Shown here: piece by piece, positions 23,701-34,200 of the stretch | Numbering within the stretch: the first letter of the stretch is position 1 | Layout of the letters: each line of letters starts with the position of its first letter | From: Caecitellus pseudoparvulus | Lineage: Eukaryota; Protista; Bigyra: Bicosoecida | Assembly: GCA_965644315.1 (NCBI GenBank) | Contig: CBFFRQ010000094.1 | Location: 186,001 to 250,000, forward strand | Direction of reading: 5' to 3' | DNA: 64,000 nucleotides | Translations under genes and position numbers: made by a program | The notes under the pieces: model-generated | Told to the model about the DNA's origin: nothing | What the model saw: the letters and a program-made list of their open reading frames with translations, nothing else | Database searches by the model: none

Positions 23701-26700
23701 CAGTCCATGCTGGAGGAGTGGGTGCATGATTGTGACGCGTGGCTGGGGCGGTGGTTCATGGGTGCGCTGTTGAATGCCGCGGGGCACTTGGTGCCTGTGC
23801 GTGGGTCATGCTTCGAGACGCCGCCGCCAGATGGCGCATCAGGGAGTGTTCTGCAGCCTCGCTTCGTGGTGGTGCTGCAGCCACTGGCACTGGGCGGCTC
23901 CATTGGCTGTGCCGTGGTGAAGGGGCAAGTGGAAGTGGCAGAGCGCGAGGCTGGCGGCACGCGTCGCCTGGCCAGCGCCTCGTCCGGCGGCACTGTGCAT
24001 GGGCTGCGTGTGGGCACGTTGAGCCTGGTGCACGCCAGTGCAGGGCTGCACGAGGTGCTGGGCACCGAGGCGGCGGGGGGCTCCTTCGTCGCCGAGTCCA
24101 GTGTGCTGCCGACGCTGACAGACTGGCTGCCCACCCTGGCCGTGCCAGGCGGGGATGTGCAGGTGGGTGGTGCAGATGGCGCTGTGTACAGCAATGCCGC
24201 CTTCAGCCAGGTGGTGGGGCGGGGCCCTGCTGTGGATGCGCTGGGGGCAGGGGTGTTGCTGGGCGGCATGCCAGGCAAGGGCGACGCAGTGCCAAGCGAT
24301 GTGCCCATGTCCACGCTGCGGGCAGTGCACGCTGTGAACCCACTGGTGGCTTTGCCGGCCACTGATGTGTCCCTCTGTGACAGCGTGCCACTGACCCGGC
24401 CACTGCAGCCGGGGCTTGGCGGGCACCCCACCCTGGAGCATGGCGACCGCCTGTCCATCATCGCGTACGCCCTGGTGGACCACAACACGCAGGCTGGCAA
24501 GGGCGGCAGTGTGGACAGCACTGCAGTGGAAGTGGAGGACGACGACGAGGAGGATGGGGAGGGGGGTGGCGCTGGCGCCGGCCGTGGGCGTGCCGCTGCC
24601 AAGTACTGGTTGCTCGTGCTGTCCACCGTCACAGAGGGTATGCGTGTGGCAGCGTCCCCGACCCTGACAGCGGCGTCAGGCGGCACTGGCTCTGTGCAGC
24701 GCACTGGCAGCGGCCTCGTCCCGCCTCTTGAGCGGCAGGGGTCGGGCACGTCCTTCAGTGTCAAGCGCCAGCGACGGGCCACCCTCGCGGCAGGGGGCCT
24801 GCTCACCACCTCCAAGCACCTCAGCGGCGGCAGCCCAGACAGTGGCAGTCCCAAGCGCTCCAACTCCACTGTCCTGCGGGGCAGCGGCCTGCTGCCGCCA
24901 GGTGGCGAGGTGGCCACAGCAGCCAAGGCCCGCCGAGCCAAGCGGCAGAGCTTCCTCATGGGGCGGGTCAGTGCGGCGTCCCTCGCACGCCTGCGCGACA
25001 GTGGGCCCGTCCCAGGCTCTGACAGCGTCGCCAGCAGTGATGCAGGGGAGGGGGAGGCGGGGCCCACCCCCGCTGCGCTCGCTGGCAGTGTGCCGCCGCT
25101 CATCGCACGTGCTGCGTCCAGTGGCTTGGGCAGTGGCCGCAGCAGTGTGCCCAGCTCGCCCATGGTGCGGCGGCTGGACTCCCGGGCGGTGCTGACGCGC
25201 AGTCGTGCCGGGTCCAATGCGCGTGCGTTGGCGAGCCTGGAGCAGCAGCGGCAAATTGCGGCTATGAGTTCTGCCCGCTCCTCCCAGATGTCTGCACGTG
25301 GTTCTGCTCGTGATGTCAGCGGGCTGGCGCTTCCCACTGCTGCGGAAGATGGGCGGCCGGCCCGTCTTTCTGTTCACACTGCAGATCGGGGCACCATGGC
25401 CCAAAACAGAGCTGCTAGTCCTGGTGCTGCTGCCCTTCCTCTCCGACCCCGCGAGATCGATGGTGAAGAAGAGGAGCTCAGCGGGAAAGGGTGGGTGTTC
25501 AGCCTGCGCGGCATTGTCTCGAACCTAGACGTGCGCCAGCTTGCCCCCGTGCAGGGCATGTTGGGAAACCTTCGACGCACGGCAGTCACGACGCTCGCAA
25601 TCACCGTCGTGTTCGTGCCCCTTATGTTGGTGATCATGGAGCCGGCAGGCTACTCTGCTTCCCTTTCGGCCGTGTTGGCTGCCCGACAGCTGCGGGTCCT
25701 GCAGGGCATCAGTTTCATGATCCACAGCCTGGGACGGGCTACAGCGGGCGGGTATGCCCTGCTCCCCGAATCCGTGTACCAAAGCGACCTGGAGAGCCTT
25801 CGTGCGCAGTACAGCGCGGTGAATGCCCATTTGGAGGATGCGTCGGCATTTCGGCATGGTCTCGTTTCCATCCCTGGAGGCTATGCGTACCCCGAGTGGA
25901 CAGTTGACCCGTCCGCTGCTGAGCTGTTCGCGGCCTCGGAGCGAGCAGTCGTGCCTCAGTCCCTCGTGCAGGCTCAAGAGTACGTTCGGGGCGCACTTCA
26001 AGAGCTTGTCCACTTGAACGGCAGCGCAGCGCTGAACCAGCACCAGTCCCCGCTCGGCACTGCGTCCATGCTGAACTTGAACATTCAGCCAGGGATTGCC
26101 TTGTGTCAGGTTTCCAATGCTACAATCAACGTTCTTTTGCGAGACAGCGATGGAATCGCCCAGCTGTCAGGGAGCATCGCTCTGAGCTTCTACCTGCTGG
26201 CGCTCATTCTGCGCCTTGTTGTGTACATGCCACACATCTATCGCATGGTTGCCGCGTTGCAGCGCCTGAAGAATCGCGCCTTGCTAGCCGTGGCAGCGCT
26301 GCCGCTGAATAAGGTGCTGGAGTGTCGCGCAACCTCCATGCAGCTGATGCAGACGCGAGCAAGCAGCGAGGACATGGAAGGTGCGGATAGCTCTGTGCAG
26401 CTGCAACTCCTTGCCATGCTGTATGCGGGGGATGAAGTGGAGGAGGACGGGACGGGAACCCCTGGCAGTGGACCACCAACGGCCAAGGCAGCGGCCCAGC
26501 TTGCGAAACCCCACGTGCGACGCCGGACCATGCACCGGCTCCATTCTAGCGGCGGAGGAGACTCCCCGACCCCCTACGCTCGGGAGGCAGCTCGCATTCG
26601 CCGTGCGCGCCTAGCAACCACTTCGCGCTTCTCCTCTGGCAGTCTGCGAGGGCTGGCTGCGGAGGTACGTGCAACCGTCGACTCCTCATCTTTCACTTGT

Positions 26701-28008
26701 CGCGCGCTGGCCATCGGGATGTTCCCCTCTGTCGCACTTGTGGTGCTCTACACAGCCATGCTTCTGCAGCACAACAGCGTCATCATTGCCGAGCGGCAAG
26801 CTGCGACGGACATGTTGGCAGCCAACCACGTTGCCTCCGCCCAGGCGCAGTACTCCGCCGCCGTCATGGACTTCCTGCACGTCGGTGACGCGCGTGCTGC
26901 TGCTGCGTCGCCCTTGGCCCAGCGCACTGCAGAGCAGGGCGGCCTGAACATTAGCGCCTTTGTGTTGAGCCGGGCGGAGGCAGCGGCACGGGTGGAGTCT
27001 GCTGAGCGAGTGCTGCGGGCGGGCATGGACCGCATCATGTACGGCGGCTCCATGGTGTACCCCCTTCCGCAAGCAGGCTTTTTAGGGGCGTATTCTCCTG
27101 TTCATGTGTCCGCACGAGTTTTGGACCCTCGCATGCACACTTTTGCGTTTCAAGACGCCTGCACTGTGCGCGAGCCACCCTCCCCGCCTCCCGTGCTACC
27201 AATTGTCTCCTTCCCAGACGCCCGCCAGTCTCCAACACTTTACCCCGGCCTTCAAGAGCTTCATGGTCGCCGCTGTGGGGCTGCACTCGGTGGTACCTTG
27301 GTTCGCACTGGTCTTTTCGGTGCTGTGGAGGTGTTGTTGCGGAGGGGGCGTAGCCTGCTCGCAGCTGTTCCTTATTCTGATGACACGTCCACTTGGAGTG
27401 GTATGGTTGCAGCAAGCCCCAGCTTGCTGGAGGCTGCCCAGAGATTCCAAGGTCTTGACGAGGTACACATGCGGCCAGCAATGGACGATTTGGTCAGGCT
27501 CTTCGATGCGCGCGTGGAGGTTGCAGACGCTGCGTTTTTCGGGTTGCTGATTTTCGGAGCTGTCGTCCTGCCGCTCATGTTCCTGGGCCTCTTCATTGCC
27601 ATCTGGCCGTACACCATTCAGTCCGGCACAGAAAGCCTGAGCACCATGACTTTGATGCTGCTGGTGCCACCCCTCGAGGCTCGAAGTGGCGGACCGAGCA
27701 GCCCTGTGCTGGGCGGTAGCTTGAGTCGGGCTGCACGCAGCGCCAAGGCTTACAGCGCCTACCCCACAGTGCTGGTGGACACTGTTGCGAAGCTGTTTGG
27801 CGCCGCAGCTCAGGCGCGCGACAGCGCCCTGGGCGCCAAGGGTGGCGTGTCTCTGGACTTTGACGACGCGAGCGCCAGCGGGGGTCGGTGCTGCAAGCGC
27901 GGCACTGGTCAAGCCAGTGGCAGCGCAGTGGGGCTGGGGAGCCCCGCTGGGCAAAGCAGGGACGGGTATGATTCGAACGAGAGCTGGGATGACCTGGATG
28001 ATATGTGA
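20730..28008 (+). CDS. TmcB/TmcC-like multi-TM/TPR/PAS protein, paralog B (~2400 aa); exons 20730-21070 and 21153-28008
   Basis: Same architecture as A. An 82-nt phase-2 intron (AA|GTGAGT ... TCCAG|G) joins ORF 20730..21074 to ORF 20881..28008. Confidence 0.78.
21071..21152 (+). other. Spliceosomal intron, 82 nt, phase 2 (paralog B)
   Basis: GTGAGT donor, CTCAC branch-like motif, CCAG acceptor; same position as the intron in A. Confidence 0.85.
21278..25261 (+). repeat. Right arm of ~4 kb intragenic inverted repeat
   Basis: Near-identical to the reverse complement of 15858-19832; by eye fewer than ~20 aa differences over ~1320 codons. Confidence 0.95.
26809..27050 (+). repeat. ~210-240 bp cassette shared by all three TmcB-like paralogs (A 14220-14454 inverted; C 33510-33721 direct)
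   Basis: Encodes AQAQYSAAVMDFLHVGDARAAAASPLAQRTAEQGGLNISAFVLSRAEAAARV[E/Q]SAERVLR[A/G]GMDRIMY. B and C differ at about 3 nt; flanks are highly diverged. Confidence 0.92.
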
Positions 28009-28265
28009 GCTGCAAGCCTGCCAGGGTGGGGGTGCGTCGGCACCCGAGCGATGCAGTCGAAAGCTTCTTTCCGCCTGCGACTGGGGCGTGCACCCCCCAA
28101 ACGCACCCCAGCACGGCAAGCAGAACTGGAGCATGTTGCGCACATAACCTCTCACATATAGAGGCTGTAGGTCTCAATGCATTGCTTGCATTCTTGGGTG
28201 CGTGCAAGAGCTATCTCCAGCGTTGCAGGGGAGGTGGCGTCGTCGCTGAGCGACGTGCCGTGACC

Positions 28266-31200
28266 ATGTCCATGCCAGGAAGCAAGCGCTTGCGTGGACC
28301 AGCAGCACTATGGCAGTCCATTGCGGCGGCACAGTCGCTGTCGAAGGGCGTTCTGGGCTTCGTGTCCCTGGTGCACACCCTGCAGATCGTCGCCTTGGCC
28401 CTGGTCGTGCTGGGAGTTGCTGATCCCTCTGACAACAGGTCTGCCAACGCATTCCTGGACGGCCTGACGATGGCAGCAGAAGTGCTCACAGGGTCTCGCC
28501 TGGACGAAGTGTTCGACTCCACTGGCTTGGTGACGCACATCCTAGGGCTTGTGCTGAGCTTTGCAGCTGTTGGCTTCGTGGGCGTCGTGATGAGCGGCTT
28601 GGACGTGAGGACGTGGTGCGTCAAAATCCGCACGAAGGGCTGCCCGACCAAGCCCCTGCACGGCGCAGCACTCTCCTTTCACAGGGCATTCCGCGCACAT
28701 GCACCTGGAGGGCATGATATGGGCGTTGTGGATGGGAGCACGGGCCAGGGCTTGCGTTGGCGGCTGCAAAGCGCTGCGCGATGGGTGTTGCAAGGTTACT
28801 ATTTGCTGGCCTCCATCCCAGTGGCCTCCATGCTGCTGCGCCCCCTGGCGTGCTTCGACGATAACCGCAATGGAGTGCGGGCTGCTTTCTCTGGTGGCGA
28901 GCCGTGCTTTTCCCAGCCCTTGCACCTGGCTCTGGCCCTCCTCGGGCTGTTGCTGCTGCTGCCACACTGCCTGCTGAGTTCCCTGGGGGCAGTGTCTCTC
29001 GCCATTGACGGGACGGCCGACTCACCCAGCTCCAACACCAAGGCCCATGGAACGTCTAACTGGAACTTCTGGCTGTCCTATGAGCTGCTGCTGGTGGCAC
29101 TGGTGAACCTGTTTGCCGACTTGCGCCCGGAGCTGTCGTGGGTGCCGCTGGGCCTCGTCACGGCCTCCACCACGGCTTGGACCATCATCTTCACTGTGCG
29201 CATGGAGCATGTGCTGGGCCCTGTGAATGCCAGTGTCATGGCACTGCTCGCAGGCATCGCGTGGATGTGCTGGGCGGCACTCATTGGCATGTGGGTTGCG
29301 CCGCCCCGTCATGCGTACGCCAACGCGTACTTGCTGGCTCTGCTGGGCCTGCCGCTGGTGCTGGCCTCCGGCACGTACTTTGCAGCTGCCTGGCGCATGT
29401 ACGTGCTGGGGCAGAAGTGCGAGCAGCTGACGTCCGAGGACGACCTGGCTCTGTGGGGGTACCACCGCCTGCAGTGTGCAGTGGAGGTCGCACGCAGTGC
29501 CCGTGCCATGCGCATGGAATTGACAGCTGCTCTGCGCCAGAGCGAGGTGCTGGAGCTGGAACGGGGAGAGGCGCCTCGCAACGACCGCGGGAAGGGCGTG
29601 GAGCGGGGTGGGCGGCCTGCGCGGCGAGGCCGCCTGGCCTCCACATCCTCCGACACCAACAGCTCCAGTGCACAGCCAGGTCAAGGTCGACGAGGCAGGC
29701 GCCGCACCATGGCGCCGGGTCAGCCCTTCCGGGCAGCGGCCACCTCTGCTGCGGAACGGGACACAGATGGGTCGCTGTCTGACGTGGTGGAGCGTGCAAG
29801 GGGTCGGCACCGCCGGCTCAGTGCCGATTCTGTGCATTCCTTCGTGCACGTGATGGGGGAGGGGGACGGTGCAGGCCACTCGGAGCCTGACGAGGCCAGT
29901 GCACTCCTGGCAGATGAAGACGATTTCGTGGCGCTCACTGCAGGCACAACGGAGGAGGGCGCCCACCGCCTGGTGTACCAGGCAGCTCGCGACCTGGCCC
30001 TGGCTGATGCGGCTTTTGCACGGCTGGAACACCTGCACCCCCGGTCCCCCACGGCGCTGCTGCACTGTGCGCTGTACTACAGCAGCCCGGTCGTGCGGCA
30101 TTCTGCCACTCTAGCACTGCGGTACTTGTCCAAGGTGTCCCAGATGTCCATGGACTCTGCCACTGCTCTGCTGGTTGCTGCGCGGCAGTCCGATGTCCTA
30201 GCGCGGCTCTTCACTGAGGATGCTCCATCTCGCCAAGCAAACCAGCTCCAGGCGGGCCCCGGGCGGCAGGAAGGCGCCGCCACCGCGCTGCAGGAGGGCG
30301 TCTCCATTGCCGCTGCTGGCATTGCCCAGGAGCTGGCGCGCGTAATTGGACGTGCGTCCATCCAGAACGAGGCACGCCTGCGCATGGTGCGCTCAGCGCA
30401 GCTGCAGGCCATCCACACGTCGCACGATGTGTGGGATCACCTGCTGCGGCCCACCGTGGATTTCGGCGTGCTGCATGCGCTGGTTGCCAAGTTTGAAGAG
30501 GCACGCATGCAGGTGGAGCAGCACTTCCAAAGCCTCCTGGCTGACCGGCCAAGTGACGCAGGGCTCATGCGGGCGTACGCCGCGTACCTTGCCAACACCG
30601 TGAATGACAACGAGTCTGCTTCGGCGCTGCGGGATGATGCAGCCAGGTTCGCCTCGCAGGACTCTTCCAAGTGGGCAGAGTACGGCGAGGTGCTGGATCT
30701 GCGGCGACTGGCCAGCTTCGGGGACAGCCCAGCAACGCCTAGTGCCGCTAGTGGAACGACGCAGCTGGTTGCAAAGCGCATGGACCCCATATCATTCATC
30801 CCCGCCTTTGCCGGTGTGCGGCCGGTGGGCATGCGCAGACGCATGTCCATTGCTGAGGTGCAGCTGGGAGGGGCCCTGCTGCGCGACATTCACAGCTGCA
30901 TGGGGCAGGAAGTGGACATCAGCCACGTGAAGCACGTGCTGCCCATGGCGGCTGGGACAGCCGTGGACGATGCCCTGCTCACGCGCACGCTGGGGCTCAG
31001 CGCATCCTGCGACGAAATTAGCCAAGACTTGCTGGAGGAGCTGTTGAACGCAGGCAGCAGCGCACAGAGCCACACATTCTTCGTGATCAGTGCAGCAGAG
31101 GGGGATGTGGGCACCATTCTGCGGGCTGACTACGCGGCTTGTCAGTTGCTGGGCAAGAGCAAGGCGGACCTGGAGGGCAGCCACATCACGTCCTTCCTGC

Positions 31201-34200
31201 CTGCGCCATACAATGCCCTGTCGCACGCGCAGTTGGAAGAGTGGGTGCATGATTGTGACGCGTGGCTGGGGCGGTGGTTCATGGGTGCGCTGTTGAATGC
31301 CGCGGGGCACTTGGTGCCTGTGCGTGGGTCATGCTTCGAGACCCCGCCGCAGCGCAGCGCGACGGGGGGCAATTCCCTCACGCTGCAGCCACGGCTGGTG
31401 CTGGTGCTGCAGCCACTGTTCCTCAGTGGCTTGGTGGGCATGGCCATGGTGCGAGGCATACGCGTGGAACCGCGCAAGGATTTGTTGGGTGCCACAGGCC
31501 CCGACGGGCAGCCAGTGCAAGAGGAAGCCATCGAACGGCTAGAGATGGTGCACACGGACTTGGCGCTGTCCCGCCACCTCGGTCTGCACCGAGCAGGCAA
31601 GTATGCCGGTGATCTGGACGACGCTGACGTCATGAGCGTGGCGCGATGGCTGCCAACCATTGCCATGCCCGGCTCCCGCACGCTGCAGACATCCGACAGT
31701 GCAAGTGTCGGCTCGGCGGGCTCTGGTGAGTCGGATGGCGTGCCGGGCTGTTCCAGTGACACGTGTGTCCTGCCCACGGCTGACGTGTCGGCCTGGGAGG
31801 GCGTGCCACTTGTTCGGGGTGCGGGGCAAGCCCCTGAAGCTGTGGAGCTCATCACCATGCCTGCTGTGTCGCCGTCAGGGTCCGGCCACCAGAGCGGCTT
31901 TGGAGGGGTGTATGCCAGTGTCGGCGAAGGGGCCACCCACATCAGCGGGGAGTCGGGGCTGGGCATGCATGGCGTGGATGCGGGGGACGTGCGGCAAGCG
32001 TACTGGTTCGTGGTGCTGGCCAACCACGGTGACCACTCGAGTCAGGCGTCACCACCAGCTCGTGCTGCAGGGCACAAGCGCTCCAGCAGCACCGTCGTGG
32101 GGCGCACAGCCTCTTCAGCGTTGCCGTCCAGTGCCGTGCTGGCACAGCTCGCGGCTGAGGGGGGGGGTGATGGGGGTGGCGGTGAGGGGGCGGAGGCGAG
32201 TATGCGCCACCGGCTGGCGTTGAGGGGGGTGGTGGACCGCCTCAAGCCCCGGCACCTGCGTTCGGCACGGGACATCATCTCCAACCTGCGGCGAACACTC
32301 CTGTCCACCGTCATTGGGGTCAGCATCATTTTCCCAGTTCTCCTCATCGCCTTCGTGCCCAGCGTGGTGCAGAACTTCCACGCTGCCACAGACGTGTCCT
32401 TGGAGGTGCAGGGGCTGCTGGACACGCACATGTTGCTGCACGCACTTGGCCGGGGGGCTGACGCTGGCTACCTGCCTTCCAACTCGTCCCTGTACGAGGA
32501 TGACTTTGGGAACGTCGCCGCTGGACTCGATAAGCGCCATATGCGGGTGGTGGAGGATGCTGCCTCACGCGCTCGGCGCCTGGTGCTGGTGAACGGCTGG
32601 AGCATGCGCGATGAACTGGACAGCGGCACTGTCGGGCTGTTGTCTGCTGAGCAGGCACAGCCTGAACCCACCACTTGGGCTCGCGTGGCGGAGTACATGT
32701 CAGCAACCCTGCGTTTTCTGCGGAGCAGTGGGGATCCTGCCCGTTTCGCCAGCCACAGACAGCCCCTGGGGCCCACGGCCATGTTTCAACGAAACCTGGA
32801 CCCAACTCTGCAGCAACACATCACGGCTGGTGTGCACTCGTTCAAGGACGCCATTGTGGCTGACGAGGCAAGCATGGCACTGGCGATGGTCATTCTTCTG
32901 TTCACGTGTGTGGCATACGTATTCGTGGCGCGGTGCTGCCTGCTGGGGCCCAAACTGTACCGCAGCGTGCAGGAGCTGGTGTTGGTGAAGAACCAGCCCC
33001 TGCACGCACTCATGTCTGTGTCCCCCCGACGCGTGGCTCAGTTCAAGGCGCGCGCCGTGGAACACATGGACGCGTTCATCCGGGAGAACCAGCACATGCT
33101 GTCTGCCAGCGACGATGCGTTCGCAGAACACGCCGTGCTGCTGTCAGGCGGCGATGAGGACGAGGGCGTGTTGACGGCAGCTCTGCCATCCTCCTCCTTG
33201 TCCCCTGCCCGCCGCCCACGCTTTGGCGGGGGGGGGCACCCCTCCTCCTCATCACACAGCCAGTCGTCTTCCTTCATGCAGGGCAGCAGCGCGCTGACAC
33301 GGGCAGACAGCGCCGTCCCCAGCGGCGAAGTGACACAGCGCAAAGTGACGGACAGCTCCTATTTCACATTGCAGTCGCGCCTTGTCGGCGGTGGCCCGTC
33401 CTTACTCCTTGCCATGGGGTACATCTTCATCATGGTGCTGGGCCTGGGGTACATCCAACGCACCAGTGAGAGCCTGCACATCAACCTCGCCACCTCTCAT
33501 GCGGCCATTGCCCAGGCGCAGTACTCCGCCGCCGTCATGGACTTCCTGCACGTCGGTGACGCGCGTGCTGCTGCTGCGTCGCCCTTGGCCCAGCGCACTG
33601 CAGAGCAGGGCGGCCTGAACATCAGCGCCTTTGTGTTGAGCCGGGCGGAGGCAGCGGCACGGGTGCAGTCTGCTGAGCGAGTGCTGCGGGGGGGCATGGA
33701 CCGCATCATGTACGGCGGCTCAACAGGCATCCCACCAGGGAACGGAAACGCGTTCCTGGCGCTGTTGGGCAGTGTGTCAGACACACTTGCCCCACTTGTT
33801 CTTGACGAGGCATACTCTGGCCTGCTGCTGCGCAGCATGTGTTCGGGGTTCCCAGGCCACACGGACATTCCCGCCACTGCAGAATTCCGAGACAACACAC
33901 TGGTGCAGTTGCGGAAAACGTACAACGCGAATTGCTCGACAGCCTACGCAGGCATCCTGGCGCAGACCGGGCTCGCAGGTGCAGTGCACTTGTTCACGCG
34001 GCAGGGCCAGCAGCTGCTGCGAGCTGTGAACGAAACGGACGATGTGAGCACCTTCGCGGCGCTGACCAGCGGCAGCGGCGGTGCTGAACTGCACCGCAGC
34101 GTGAAGGAGTTTGTGGCACTGGACCACCACTTCCTGCGGCATGGCATGTGGCACCTGCACCAGCTGCACCATGTGCAGCGTGGGGAAGTGAACGCCGCCT

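Noticed and set aside
15858-25261. Inverted repeat as transposon TIRs or a pure assembly fold-back
   Set aside because: The arms are internal coding sequence with substitutions and a 9-bp indel, continue in frame into different but homologous flanks, and there is no transposase. Read-level confirmation is still advisable.
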